This document shows, piece by piece, positions 18,100 to 28,169 of a DNA stretch of 44,408 nucleotides; position 1 is the first letter of the stretch, and each line of letters opens with the position of its first letter. Source of the stretch: Candidatus Scatosoma sp. (lineage in GTDB: Bacteria; Bacillota; Clostridia; Christensenellales; Borkfalkiaceae). The translations under genes and the position numbers were made by a program. The stretch is from the NCBI GenBank assembly GCA_045635725.1, contig JAZTWF010000026.1, positions 1-44,408 of the forward strand, in the 5' to 3' direction. The notes beneath the pieces are model-generated. The model saw only the letters and a list, made by a program, of their open reading frames with translations, made no database searches and was not told where the DNA came from.

Positions 18100-20082
18100 T
18101 TATTCCAGCTCAAACGCGCCCGTGTACAGTTGATAGTACGTGCCCTTTTGCTCTAACAGCTGTTCGTGCGTGCCGCGTTCGATAATCTTACCGTGGTCAA
18201 GCACCATAATCGCATCCGAATTACGAACGGTGGAAAGTCGGTGCGCAATCACGAATACCGTTCTACCGTGCATGAGTTTATCCATACCGTCCTGCACAAG
18301 CGCTTCGGTGCGGGTGTCGATAGACGACGTCGCTTCGTCCAAAATCATCACGGGCGTATCCGCTACTTCCGCGCGCGCGATAGAAAGCAGCTGTCTTTGA
18401 CCCTGCGAAAGGTTAGACCCGTTGTTGGTCAAAAGCGTATCGTACCCGTCGGGCAAACGGCGGATAAAGTCGTCCGCGTTGGCAAGCTTTGCCGCCGCAA
18501 TACATTCTTCGTCCGTAGCGTCCAAACGCCCGTAACGGATATTTTCCATAACCGTACCCGTAAACAGGTTGGTATCCTGCAAAACAATACCCAAAGAACG
18601 GCGTAAATCGCTCTTTTTGATTTTATTGATATTGATACCGTCGTAACGGATTTTTCCGTCGGCGATATCGTAGAAACGGTTGATAAGGTTGGTAACCGTC
18701 GTTTTTCCTGCGCCCGTCGCGCCGACAAACGCAATTTGTTGACCGGGTTTTGCGTACAGTGAAACGTTGGTGAGTACCTGCTTTTCGGGTACGTAGCCAA
18801 AGTCTACGTTTTCCAAAACGATATCCCCTTTGAGCTGCGTATACGTCGTGGTGTTATCCGATTTATGGTAATGTTTCCAAGCCCACAATCCCGTACGCTC
18901 TTCCGTTTCGGAAAGCGTGCCGTCTTCGTTACGCTTGGCATGGACAAGAGTAACGTACCCTTCGTCCTTTTCCGATTCTTCGTCCATCAGCGTAAACGCG
19001 CGGCTTGCCCCTGCAAGGCCCATGGCAATCATGGATACCTGTTGGGACATTTGGTTGACGATTTGCGTGAAGTTTCTTGACAAACCAAGGAAAGCCACAA
19101 TCGTACCGATAGACAGCGTTTCCACACCGAAAAAGATACTCGATATCCCGATATTCTTTGCGCCTAAGGTGTACAGCATACCCCCGAATACCGCCAAAAG
19201 CACGTAATTGAAGTTACCGATATTAGCAAGGATAGGGCCTAAAATATTCCCGAATTTATGGGCGCGTTGCCCGTCGCGGAACAGCTGCTGGTTGACCGTA
19301 TCAAAATCTGCCTTCGCGCGTTCTTCGTGCGTAAAGACCTTGACGACCTTTTGCCCTTTCATCATTTCTTCGACAAAGCCTTCCAGCTTTGCGATAGAAG
19401 CTTGTTGCGCCACCATGGACTTAGCGCTGTTTCCGCCGATAATTTTCACGACAAGCGTCATTGCCACCGTACAAATCAACACGACGGCAAACAGCCAAAG
19501 GCTGTTCCACAGCATAAACCCTACGGACGCGATCAGCGTAATCGAGCTGGAAAACAGCGTAGGCAAGCTTTGCCCGATAAGCTGTCTACAAGCGTCGGTA
19601 TCGTTGGTGTACGTACTCATGATATCGCCGTGCGCGTGCGTGTCGAAATACTTAATGGGCAGGGTTTGCATTTTTGCAAACATATCCTTACGCAAATGAT
19701 ACAGCATACCCTGCGTAACGGTTGCCATAATTCTATGCCAAAAGAACCCTGCGATAATGACGGTGAGATATACCCCCGACATGGTGAGCACGATACCAAG
19801 CAGCGTACCGGCAACGGCGTCAAAACCTTTCTCTACGCCGGGCGTAATAACGTCGTCGATAAGCGATTGCACGAATACCGACGAAACCAAGCTGCCCATG
19901 GCGTTGACGATAATGCAAAGGAATACAAGTAGCATTTGCCATTTATAGTACTTAAATACCGTTTTGAGCAATCTTCCCAGCGTTCCTTTTTTAATTGCGC
20001 CTTTGGGTACGGGCATCCCCCCGCCGCCGCGCATAGGACGAATAGGACGGGGTTTTTGTTGATAGCCTTTTTCTTCGGACAT
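18100..20082 (-). CDS. Heterodimeric ABC exporter subunit, BmrD/LmrD-like (TMD-NBD, consensus catalytic site)
   Basis: 660 aa, 6 TM plus NBD. Walker A GATGAGKTT, Walker B MILDEATS (catalytic Glu present), signature degenerate (LSQGQRQ). Long linker insertion before the NBD. Confidence 0.88.
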   Translation of the reverse strand: MSEEKGYQQKPRPIRPMRGGGGMPVPKGAIKKGTLGRLLKTVFKYYKWQMLLVFLCIIVNAMGSLVSSVFVQSLIDDVITPGVEKGFDAVAGTLLGIVLTMSGVYLTVIIAGFFWHRIMATVTQGMLYHLRKDMFAKMQTLPIKYFDTHAHGDIMSTYTNDTDACRQLIGQSLPTLFSSSITLIASVGFMLWNSLWLFAVVLICTVAMTLVVKIIGGNSAKSMVAQQASIAKLEGFVEEMMKGQKVVKVFTHEERAKADFDTVNQQLFRDGQRAHKFGNILGPILANIGNFNYVLLAVFGGMLYTLGAKNIGISSIFFGVETLSIGTIVAFLGLSRNFTQIVNQMSQQVSMIAMGLAGASRAFTLMDEESEKDEGYVTLVHAKRNEDGTLSETEERTGLWAWKHYHKSDNTTTYTQLKGDIVLENVDFGYVPEKQVLTNVSLYAKPGQQIAFVGATGAGKTTVTNLINRFYDIADGKIRYDGININKIKKSDLRRSLGIVLQDTNLFTGTVMENIRYGRLDATDEECIAAAKLANADDFIRRLPDGYDTLLTNNGSNLSQGQRQLLSIARAEVADTPVMILDEATSSIDTRTEALVQDGMDKLMHGRTVFVIAHRLSTVRNSDAIMVLDHGKIIERGTHEQLLEQKGTYYQLYTGAFELE

Positions 20083-21860
20083 TACGCTTCACCCCCTTCC
20101 GTTTTCACCGCGCGGCTCTTCGTCTGCGCGTCGTAGATTTCTCTATAAATTTCGCTTGTTTGCAAAAGCTCTTCGTGGTTTCCGCAAGCCAAAATTTTAC
20201 CGCCGTCTAAAACGATAATCTTATCGGCGTGTTCCACCGACGCAATACGCTGTGCGATAATAATCTTCGTCGTATCGGGGATTTCCTGCGCAAACGCACG
20301 GCGAATCAGCGCGTCCGTCTTGGTATCTACCGCGCTGGTGCTGTCGTCCAAAATCAATACCTTGGGCTTTCTAAGCAATGCGCGCCCAATACAAAGACGT
20401 TGCTTTTGTCCGCCCGAAACGTTTGTACCGCCCTGTTCGATATACGTATCGTAGCCGTCGGGGAATGCCCGCACAAATTCGTCGGCTTGCCCCAACTGGC
20501 ACACGCGCACAAGCTCTCCGTCCGTGGCGTTTTCGTCGCCCCAACGCAGGTTTTCCTTAATCGTACCCGAAAAGAGTACGTTCTTTTGCAAGACGATAGA
20601 AACTTCTTTTCTAAGCGCGTTCAAATCGTAATCCTTTACGTTGACGCCGCCCACGTACACGTTCCCTTCCGTCGTGTCGTACAAACGGGGAATGAGTTGG
20701 ATAAGCGTGGTTTTCGACGAACCCGTTGCACCTAAAACCCCCACCGTTTCCCCTGCGTTTATCGTCAAATGGATATCCGAAAGCGCGTATTTTTCCGCTT
20801 TTTCGGAATACTTAAAGCAAACGTTTTCAAAATGGATTGAACCGTCCTTGACCTCCGTAACGCCGTTTTCGGGACTGACGATATCCGACTCTTTGGTCAA
20901 CACTTCGCTGATACGGCGCGCCGATTCAAACGACATGGTAATCATAACGAATACCATAGAGAACATCATACAGCAAGAGAGCACTTGTATGCCGTAAGTA
21001 ATGAGTGCGGATAATTCGGTGGGCGTAAAGTCGCCGCTGAGCGTGCCCGATTGAATAATTACCGTTGCGCCAAGATAGGAAATCAGCACCGCCGCCGCAT
21101 TGATAAAGAAGGTCATAATGGGGTTGTTGAGCGCAAGAATTTTTTCCGCCCTTGTGAAATCGTTTCGCACTTCGCTTGCCGCTTTATCGAATTTTTCCGT
21201 TTCGTATTGTTCACGGACGAACGATTTGACAACGCGAATACCCCCTACGTTTTCCTGTACGGAATTGTTCAACGCGTCGTACTTTTTGAAAATACGCTTG
21301 AAAAAGGGCATCACCACGCGCATAATGGCAATTAAGCAAAGTGCCAAAAGGGGCATAATCAAGACGAAAATCCATGCAAGACTTGCATTGATTGTAAAGC
21401 TCATGATAATGGCGAAAATAAACTGCAACGGTACGCGGATTGCGATACGCAAGCACATTTGATAGGACTGTCGCACGTTAGCGACGTCGGTGGTTAAACG
21501 GGTAACCAAAGACGACGCGGAAAATTCGTCTACGTTGGCAAACGAAAATTTTTGCACCTTATAAAAAAGGTCGTGGCGTAAATTGCTGGCAAAACCGCAG
21601 CTTGCCGTTGCGGCAAACTGTCCTGCCAAAACACCGCTCATAATCGAAAAACAGGCAAGCAAAAGTAAAATACCGCCGTACGTTAAAACGTGCGTCATTG
21701 CGCCCTCTTGCGCCAACACTTCCTGATTGATCATCTGCGCCATGAAAAAGGGAATCAGACATTCGCACAGGGCTTCCAGCGCCATAAAAAGGGGCGTAAT
21801 GATAGACGGTTTTTTATATTGCCTTACGCTTTTGAGTAAAGGTTTAATCGTCTTTACCAT
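20082..21860 (-). CDS. Heterodimeric ABC exporter subunit, BmrC/LmrC-like (TMD-NBD, degenerate Walker B)
   Basis: 592 aa. Walker A GATGSSKTT, signature VSGGQKQR, Walker B LILDDSTS (Asp replaces the catalytic Glu). TAATG overlap with the partner gene. Confidence 0.88.
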   Translation of the reverse strand: MVKTIKPLLKSVRQYKKPSIITPLFMALEALCECLIPFFMAQMINQEVLAQEGAMTHVLTYGGILLLLACFSIMSGVLAGQFAATASCGFASNLRHDLFYKVQKFSFANVDEFSASSLVTRLTTDVANVRQSYQMCLRIAIRVPLQFIFAIIMSFTINASLAWIFVLIMPLLALCLIAIMRVVMPFFKRIFKKYDALNNSVQENVGGIRVVKSFVREQYETEKFDKAASEVRNDFTRAEKILALNNPIMTFFINAAAVLISYLGATVIIQSGTLSGDFTPTELSALITYGIQVLSCCMMFSMVFVMITMSFESARRISEVLTKESDIVSPENGVTEVKDGSIHFENVCFKYSEKAEKYALSDIHLTINAGETVGVLGATGSSKTTLIQLIPRLYDTTEGNVYVGGVNVKDYDLNALRKEVSIVLQKNVLFSGTIKENLRWGDENATDGELVRVCQLGQADEFVRAFPDGYDTYIEQGGTNVSGGQKQRLCIGRALLRKPKVLILDDSTSAVDTKTDALIRRAFAQEIPDTTKIIIAQRIASVEHADKIIVLDGGKILACGNHEELLQTSEIYREIYDAQTKSRAVKTEGGEA

Positions 21861-21897
21861 CGGTTGATTTCAAACTCCTTAGATTAAGTATATTGTC

Positions 21898-21926
21898 ATT
21901 ATAATACTTTGAAAAAATAATGTCAA
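21898..21926 (-). promoter_or_regulatory. Consensus sigma-A promoter for the ABC-ABC-acyltransferase-GT8 unit
   Basis: Minus strand TTGACA-17 nt-TATAAT. AAGGAG SD at 21875-21880. Confidence 0.75.
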
Positions 21927-21939
21927 ACGCTCAAACGCA

Positions 21940-21988
21940 AAAATGCGGACTTTCACCGCATTTTCATTTTACAGCCCCTTTGGGGCTG
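21940..21988 (-). terminator. Tandem hairpins terminating the SbcE-like gene
   Basis: cagcccc-ttt-ggggctg (21972-21988) directly after the stop, then aaaatgcgg-actttca-ccgcatttt (21940-21964) with a U-run on the minus strand. Confidence 0.7.
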
Positions 21989-21990
21989 GG

Positions 21991-24225
21991 TTAGAGCATT
22001 CGCTCTTGCTTGCAAGTGCAATAGACGATTTGTCTATCCTTAGAAAGCGTTTTTAACAGCTTTTTGCCAAGCTCCGTCTTCCGATCGTCCAAATCGGTAA
22101 ACGGATCGTCAAGCACAAGCAAAGGTTTTTCGCCCGTGAACATACAATCCGCCAAGGCAAGCCGAATACAAAAATCCCAAAGTCCGCGCAAGCCCTTGCT
22201 GTAATAGTCCGTTTCCTTGAGAATACCCCGTTCTTCGGCGTACGGCATTCCGTCGGCGGAAAAACGCACGCTTTTGTCTATCCCCATTGCCAAAACGTAC
22301 CGTTTACACCCTTCTTCCACGGGCGTGAGATAGCGCGCCGCCAAGTTATGTCTTGCACGAATAATCAATTCTTTTGCCGTTTGAACGGCAAACAAACGTT
22401 TTTCCAGCCGCGCCTTTTCCGCCGTGCATTCCGCTTCTTCGGCGCAATACGCCCCGTCCTTTGCCGCTTGCAGCTGTGCTTCTTCGCGCTTTGCCGCATA
22501 GTACGCTTTGCTTTCCGACGCCGCCCGTTTGTCGCTGTCCAGCGTAGCTTTTTTGCGCCTGAGCGCAAGATATTCGTCTTCGCTAACGCTTTCCGATTGC
22601 GTAGGTTCTTCGCCAAACGCCGCAAGCTGCGTTTTCGCCGAAACAACTTCTTTTGTCAGCGCGGCGTGGTTTTCCACGTTTTCTTGCAGAGTGCAAAGCG
22701 CGGAGCGGTAGTCGTACGTTTGCGCAAAAGCAAAGTTTTGCAAAAAGGCTTGTATCGCCTTATTTAGCGCCTGCAAACGCTCCGTTTGCCCCGTACGTTC
22801 GTCTTTTAACGGTGTAAATTCCTTTTCTCTTTCGCAAAGGCGTTGGTATTTTTCCTGCGCCGCCGCATGTTCGGCTTTTGCACGTTCGTATTCTTCGTTT
22901 AACGTCTTATCGGCAAACGCGTTAGTAGTTTTCGGCGTATGCGAAAAGGCGTTTTTCCAAAAGCAGCGCATACTGATAAGCGCGCCCAAGCCGCCGACGC
23001 CCGTAAAGCCCCAACCAAGGGCAGGGTCTACGTTTAATTGCGATATCCCGATAAGGAGCGCGCCCAAAAACAAACAAATGGCAATGAGTGCATACCCCAT
23101 GCGTTTGCCCTTACGTTTTTTTCCTTCTTTTTTCTCACGGGCGTCCTCCCCTTTTGCTTTGCGCTGCTGCGCCTGTGAAAGCATACGGAAGGTATCTATC
23201 GTCTTTTCGCAAGCGGCAAGTTCGCTAAGCGCACGTTCCTTTTCCGCGGTCAGCGTTTGCAGCTCCGTCCAACGGCTTTGCAGCCGTTCTTCTTCCGCCT
23301 TAAGGGTATAATATTCGTCTACCGCCGTGCGAATACCTGCCAAATTGACCGTTTCGGGCGTGGTTTGTCCGAAAAACGTATTCAACGCCGCTAAGCGGCT
23401 TTCCGATTGCGTAACGCGGTTTTGCAACTGTTCGTACGCAAGCCTGTTTGCCGCGCGTTCTTTGCGGCGTTCGTATTCGGAAAGCGCCTTTTCCGTTTGC
23501 GCATACCCTTCTTCTGCGGAAAGCAAATCGGCAACCGCTTGCTTTTCCTTTTGCGCATAGCTTGCGGAAAGCTCCGCCGCGCGAGCGGCTTCGGCGCGCA
23601 GGGTGGTCAGCTGAGATAATCTTGCGTCTATCTCATCCAGCTTGCCCTTATACGGCGCGCGTTTAGAGCGCAGCTCCCTTTCCGCCTTTTCCAAAATAGC
23701 AACGGCGTCCGTTTCCCCGTCCGTTTGCCTATTGGACGTAAGCAAAGCGGTCAGTTTGCCCTTGATATCGTCGGTAAACGCGCCCGCGGGGATTTCCCCT
23801 TGCGGAAGATATACGCTACGGCGATAGCTTTCTCTATCCACCCCAAACAGCGTTTCGCCCAAACGCTCTGCCCGTTCGCCGAACAGGGCGGTGGGGAAGT
23901 TGTTCGTATCGTATACCTTGGACATATCCTGCGACGGTTTTTCGCCGAATACCCGTTCCACGCGGTAGGTGGTATTTTGATAGAGAAAGGTGAGCGTTCC
24001 GCCGAACACACCCCCTTGGAAGGGGCGGTATTTCACGCGGAAATTTTCTTCTACCGCGCGTTTACGGCTTTCGTCCATGCCGTAAAACATACACTCTAAA
24101 AAGTCAACGAAGGTGGTTTTTCCCCAACCGTTGTCCTGCTTGATTTGCACGATATCCTGCGAAAGATCAAATTTTTTATCGTAAAAACAGCCAAAGCCCG
24201 AAATATGCGCGGAAAGTATTCTCAT
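21991..24225 (-). CDS. SMC/SbcC-like AAA ATPase (SbcE/YhaN-like) with a central transmembrane hairpin
   Basis: 744 aa. N-terminal Walker A (DNGWGKTTF), long Ala/Glu/Lys/Arg-rich coiled-coil-like segments, C-terminal Walker B (LLVLDDPFTDLD). Two hydrophobic helices at aa 376-423. ATGA overlap with the upstream nuclease gene. Confidence 0.75.
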   Translation of the reverse strand: MRILSAHISGFGCFYDKKFDLSQDIVQIKQDNGWGKTTFVDFLECMFYGMDESRKRAVEENFRVKYRPFQGGVFGGTLTFLYQNTTYRVERVFGEKPSQDMSKVYDTNNFPTALFGERAERLGETLFGVDRESYRRSVYLPQGEIPAGAFTDDIKGKLTALLTSNRQTDGETDAVAILEKAERELRSKRAPYKGKLDEIDARLSQLTTLRAEAARAAELSASYAQKEKQAVADLLSAEEGYAQTEKALSEYERRKERAANRLAYEQLQNRVTQSESRLAALNTFFGQTTPETVNLAGIRTAVDEYYTLKAEEERLQSRWTELQTLTAEKERALSELAACEKTIDTFRMLSQAQQRKAKGEDAREKKEGKKRKGKRMGYALIAICLFLGALLIGISQLNVDPALGWGFTGVGGLGALISMRCFWKNAFSHTPKTTNAFADKTLNEEYERAKAEHAAAQEKYQRLCEREKEFTPLKDERTGQTERLQALNKAIQAFLQNFAFAQTYDYRSALCTLQENVENHAALTKEVVSAKTQLAAFGEEPTQSESVSEDEYLALRRKKATLDSDKRAASESKAYYAAKREEAQLQAAKDGAYCAEEAECTAEKARLEKRLFAVQTAKELIIRARHNLAARYLTPVEEGCKRYVLAMGIDKSVRFSADGMPYAEERGILKETDYYSKGLRGLWDFCIRLALADCMFTGEKPLLVLDDPFTDLDDRKTELGKKLLKTLSKDRQIVYCTCKQERML

Positions 24226-25313
24226 AAGTCAATCGCCTCCCCCGCAAGCGCTTTTAAGCCCACTTCTAATATCTCACTTCTTTGTTCTTCGCTCATAGGA
24301 TAGGCGTACGCTTCGCGGACAAACTCTCCGCGCGGAGAAATATCGTTTGCAAAATCCGTGGGGGTAATTGCCAAACGGCTTTCGTCCTTGATACGCAAAT
24401 GGAAAAACCGTTCCTGCAAGCGCGCAAAAAGCAAGGGCAAGTCCTTTTTAAGCCCCGAACGGTAACCCCCGCAAAGCACGATTTTCACAGCGTCCTTTTG
24501 CGGAATATCCTTGGTTTGAGTAAGTATAGCGTTTTCTACGTCAAAATACGTTTGACATTGAGAAATATCCACGCGCGCCAAACGGCTTTCACGCGTAGCA
24601 ACCGAATAGAATTTTTCCCCTTGCAAGCGTTTGTTTTGGATATCCAAAAGGAAAAATCCCCTGCCGCCGCATTCGGCGATTTCGTCAAAGCCCCTGCCTT
24701 CTAAACAGCCGCAATAGCGCATAACGCCGCGCACGCCGACGGGCAACGCCTGTAAGTCGGGTTGGTGATAATGCCCAAGCGCAAGATAATCGATAGGTTG
24801 ATTTTTCAAAATCCCCAAAGGGATAGCGTAAAGAGAGCTTGCATTTGCCGAATCGGTGCGTTCGCCGTGCAACAGCAAAATATTGTATTTGTCGGGATTT
24901 AAGCGAAGGGCAGTGAAGTTTTCCATGCCAAATTGACGGGTATCCATACCCGTTATAAGGATATTTTCCCCGATATCATAGCTTTTCCAACCGCCCGTAA
25001 ACGTATAGAAATTTTCAGGTAAATCGTCATAGCCTTCAAACCCTTCGTCGTGATTGCCCGACACGTAGAAAAACGCAACGGGCGCGGCGGCGCGAATGAA
25101 GGATAACGTTTGTTCGATAAGCGATTTTACGACGTGTTTTTCGTCGAATAAGTCCCCGACAAGCAGTACGGCGGCTACGCCGTTTTCCTTGGCAAACACG
25201 CATAAACGACGAAACCCGTCCAAAAGTTCCGTTTGCCGTATTTGCGCTTTTTGTGGGGATAAGCCTTGAAAAGCCGAACCAAGGTGCATATCCGCCGTGT
25301 GAATGATTTTCAT
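24222..25313 (-). CDS. Mre11/SbcD-like metallophosphoesterase (SbcF/YhaO-like DNA repair exonuclease)
   Basis: 363 aa. Calcineurin-like motifs (HTADMHLG, GDLFD, GNHD, LLHG, GHYH). GGAGA SD. Confidence 0.8.
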   Translation of the reverse strand: MKIIHTADMHLGSAFQGLSPQKAQIRQTELLDGFRRLCVFAKENGVAAVLLVGDLFDEKHVVKSLIEQTLSFIRAAAPVAFFYVSGNHDEGFEGYDDLPENFYTFTGGWKSYDIGENILITGMDTRQFGMENFTALRLNPDKYNILLLHGERTDSANASSLYAIPLGILKNQPIDYLALGHYHQPDLQALPVGVRGVMRYCGCLEGRGFDEIAECGGRGFFLLDIQNKRLQGEKFYSVATRESRLARVDISQCQTYFDVENAILTQTKDIPQKDAVKIVLCGGYRSGLKKDLPLLFARLQERFFHLRIKDESRLAITPTDFANDISPRGEFVREAYAYPMSEEQRSEILEVGLKALAGEAIDL

Positions 25314-25334
25314 ATTTTTTCTCCGTATACGTTT

Positions 25335-25363
25335 ATTATATCATACGGCAAAAAAAAATGCAA
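25335..25363 (-). promoter_or_regulatory. Sigma-A promoter (extended -10) for the SbcF/SbcE-like pair
   Basis: Minus strand TTGCAT-17 nt-TATAAT, with TG one base upstream of the -10. The spacer is the U-tract of the preceding terminator. Confidence 0.6.
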
Positions 25364-25375
25364 GCGTAGCTTGCC
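25350..25375 (-). terminator. Second clpB terminator hairpin
   Basis: Minus strand ggcaagc-tac-gcttgc followed by a T9 run. Confidence 0.55.
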
Positions 25376-25380
25376 ATAAG

Positions 25381-25428
25381 GAAAAAAGAAAACCCCGACG
25401 CTTGGCTAATGCAACCAACGGAGTTTTC
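25381..25428 (-). terminator. Primary clpB intrinsic terminator
   Basis: Minus strand gaaaactccg...cggggttttc (10 bp including one G:U, with an inner ttgg/ccaa helix) followed by tttttt. Confidence 0.6.
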
Positions 25429-25435
25429 TTTTGTT

Positions 25436-28036
25436 TTACATTTTTTCAATGACAAGCGCGCCGTCTTTTTCGTCCACCTTTAAGGTATCGCCTGCGGAAA
25501 GTCCGCCCGATAAAATACGCTTGGCAATCGCCGTTTCCAAGGCGTGCTGCATATACCGTTTGAGCGGTCTTGCCCCAAACACGGGGTCGTAGCCGTTATG
25601 GACGATATGCTCCACCGCTTTGTCGGTGATTTGCAGGGCAAGCTGTTTTTCCTGTAAACGCGCCGCAAGCTCTTTCGAAAGCAGCCGCACGATATTGGCA
25701 ATTTGTTCTTTCGTCAGCGGTTTGAAAAAGACAATTTCGTCTAAACGGTTCAAAAATTCCGGTCTAAACGACGCCTTTAACAAACGCTCTACTTCCGCTT
25801 TTGCCGCTTGGGATAAATCGCCTGCGTAGTCAATCCCTTCCAAAATGGCGGCAGAGCCTAAATTAGACGTCAAAATAACCACGGTGTTTTTGAAATCTAC
25901 CGTCCTGCCCTGCCCGTCGGTGATACGCCCGTCGTCAAGCACCTGCAACAGCACGTTAAACACGTCGGGGTGCGCTTTTTCCACTTCGTCAAACAAAATG
26001 ACGCTGTACGGACGGCGGCGCACCGATTCGGTGAGCTGACCGCCTTCGTCGTAGCCTACGTAACCCGGGGGCGCGCCGATTAAACGCGATACCGAATATT
26101 TCTCCATATATTCGCTCATGTCGATACGCACCATGTTTTTCTCATCGTCAAACAGGGCTTTGGCAAGCGTTTTGGCAAGCTCCGTTTTCCCCACGCCCGT
26201 AGGCCCTAAAAACAGGAACGAACCGATAGGCCGTTTGGGGTCGGCTATCCCTGCGCGAGAGCGCAAAATGGCGTCGGCTACCGCGCGCACCGCTTCGTCT
26301 TGACCGATTACCCGTTCGTGCAGAGTTTCGTCTAAGCGGAGCAGCTTTTCCCGTTCGCCTTCCATAAGCTTTGCCACGGGTATACCCGTCCAACGGGCAA
26401 TGATACGGGCAATTTCTTCTTCGCTAACGCGGTCACGGAGCAAGGAATTTTCGTTTGAACGCATACCTACCCCGTCCGTTTTGGTTTTTTCGCTGTCTTC
26501 CAAGCGTTTTTTGAGTTCGGGGATTTTGCCGTATTGCAATTTAGACGCCGTTTCCAAATCGTACTCTCTTTGCGCTTTTTCTAGCTGTGCGTTTGCCTTT
26601 TCCAGCTCTTCGCGCAATTTTTGTACGTCGGCAATGGAGTTCTTTTCGTTCTCCCATTTCGCCTTCATTTCGTTATAGCGCGCACGGTAATTGGCAAGCT
26701 CTTTGCCGATTTCGTCCAAGTGCGATTTGCTCAGCGCGTCCGTTTCTTTCTTCAACGCGTTTTCTTCAATTTCCAGCTGCATAATCTTACGCGCGATTTC
26801 GTCCATTTCGGACGGCATAGACTGCATTTCCGTCTTAATCATAGCGCAAGCTTCGTCCACAAGGTCAATCGCCTTATCGGGCAGGAAACGATCGGTGATA
26901 TACCGATTCGACAGCGTAGCCGCGGCGATAAGCGCATTGTCTTGAATTTTTACGCCGTGATAAACTTCGTAGCGTTCTTTCAAGCCACGCAAAATGGAAA
27001 TGGTGTCTTCCACCGTCGGTTCGCCCACCAAAACGGGTTGGAAACGCCGCTCTAAGGCAGGGTCTTTTTCGATATATTTACGGTATTCGTCCAACGTCGT
27101 CGCGCCGATACAATGCAGCTCCCCACGGGCAAGCATGGGTTTAAGCAGGTTGCCTGCGTCCATAGCCCCGTCCGTCGTGCCAGCGCCGACAATGGTGTGC
27201 AGCTCGTCGATAAATAGGATAATCCCGCCGTCGCTTTTCTTGACTTCGGAAAGAACCGCCTTTAAGCGTTCTTCAAACTCACCGCGGAACTTCGCGCCTG
27301 CAATCAGCGCGCCGATATCCAAGGGAAATACCTTGCGGTTTTTTAAGGAATCGGGTACGTCCCCTTTCATGATACGAATGGCAAGCCCTTCGGCAATCGC
27401 CGTTTTGCCCACGCCCGCTTCCCCGATGAGTACGGGGTTATTCTTCGTCTTTCTCGACAAAATGCGGATAACGTTGCGAATTTCTTCATCCCTGCCGATA
27501 ACGGGGTCGATTTTTTGCGCACGCGCTTTTTCCACCAAATCCGTGCCGTACTTGTTGAGTACGTCGTACGTTTCTTCGGGGTTTTCGCCCGTTACGCGCG
27601 TGTTGCCGCGTACCTTGGCAAGCTGCGTCATAAACGCGTTTTCGTCGATGGAAAAGCTTTCCAAAATAGCTTTCACCGTCTTATCCGCTTTTTCCATTAA
27701 GCCATAAAACAGGTGCTCTACCGAAAGATATTCGTCCCCCATTTCCTTGGCTTTGTTTTGCGCCGTTTCTATCGCTTGCGCCAAGCTTTGCCCCACGTAT
27801 TGCTGTCCACCGCTTACCTTGGGCAATTTTTGTATTTTGTCCATTACCGCCTGCGCGATTGCCGCAGGGGATTTTTCCATACGCGAAAGCAACTGATAAA
27901 TAAGTCCGTCTTCCGCCGATACGAGCGCGTACAAAAGATGTATTTGCCCGATTTCTTGATTGCCGTATTCCCGCGCAAGCGATTGCGCCGATTGCAACGC
28001 CAACGCAGATTTTTCCGTAAAATTACGCATATCCAT
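25436..28036 (-). CDS. clpB: ATP-dependent chaperone/disaggregase ClpB
   Basis: 866 aa. Clp N-domain, two AAA+ modules ([10 protein letters not shown]; [12 protein letters not shown]) separated by the long coiled-coil middle domain typical of ClpB. AAGGAG SD. Confidence 0.95.
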   Translation of the reverse strand: MDMRNFTEKSALALQSAQSLAREYGNQEIGQIHLLYALVSAEDGLIYQLLSRMEKSPAAIAQAVMDKIQKLPKVSGGQQYVGQSLAQAIETAQNKAKEMGDEYLSVEHLFYGLMEKADKTVKAILESFSIDENAFMTQLAKVRGNTRVTGENPEETYDVLNKYGTDLVEKARAQKIDPVIGRDEEIRNVIRILSRKTKNNPVLIGEAGVGKTAIAEGLAIRIMKGDVPDSLKNRKVFPLDIGALIAGAKFRGEFEERLKAVLSEVKKSDGGIILFIDELHTIVGAGTTDGAMDAGNLLKPMLARGELHCIGATTLDEYRKYIEKDPALERRFQPVLVGEPTVEDTISILRGLKERYEVYHGVKIQDNALIAAATLSNRYITDRFLPDKAIDLVDEACAMIKTEMQSMPSEMDEIARKIMQLEIEENALKKETDALSKSHLDEIGKELANYRARYNEMKAKWENEKNSIADVQKLREELEKANAQLEKAQREYDLETASKLQYGKIPELKKRLEDSEKTKTDGVGMRSNENSLLRDRVSEEEIARIIARWTGIPVAKLMEGEREKLLRLDETLHERVIGQDEAVRAVADAILRSRAGIADPKRPIGSFLFLGPTGVGKTELAKTLAKALFDDEKNMVRIDMSEYMEKYSVSRLIGAPPGYVGYDEGGQLTESVRRRPYSVILFDEVEKAHPDVFNVLLQVLDDGRITDGQGRTVDFKNTVVILTSNLGSAAILEGIDYAGDLSQAAKAEVERLLKASFRPEFLNRLDEIVFFKPLTKEQIANIVRLLSKELAARLQEKQLALQITDKAVEHIVHNGYDPVFGARPLKRYMQHALETAIAKRILSGGLSAGDTLKVDEKDGALVIEKM

Positions 28037-28135
28037 ATTCGTACACTCCTTATTTTTTCGTTCGTTATATTTGTAAACGCTTTGCGGAAAAATTAAACGT
28101 TTGTTTGCAACTTTTCGTAAAATCTTATTTTTTGG

Positions 28136-28166
28136 CGCAAAAAAACGCTCCGTTTTAGGAGCGTTT
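28136..28166 (-). terminator. Intrinsic terminator after the zinc-ribbon gene (end of the cls unit)
   Basis: aaacgctcc-gtttta-ggagcgttt with a U-run on the minus strand. Confidence 0.75.
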
Positions 28167-28169
28167 CGT

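Noticed and set aside
28037-28135. Searched upstream of clpB for CtsR direct repeats (GGTCAAA-type) or a CIRCE inverted repeat, and for a clear promoter.
   Set aside because: Only an AAACGTTT palindrome and weak -35/-10 candidates (TTGCAA, TATAAC) are present. Nothing matches the heat-shock operators convincingly, so no feature was called.
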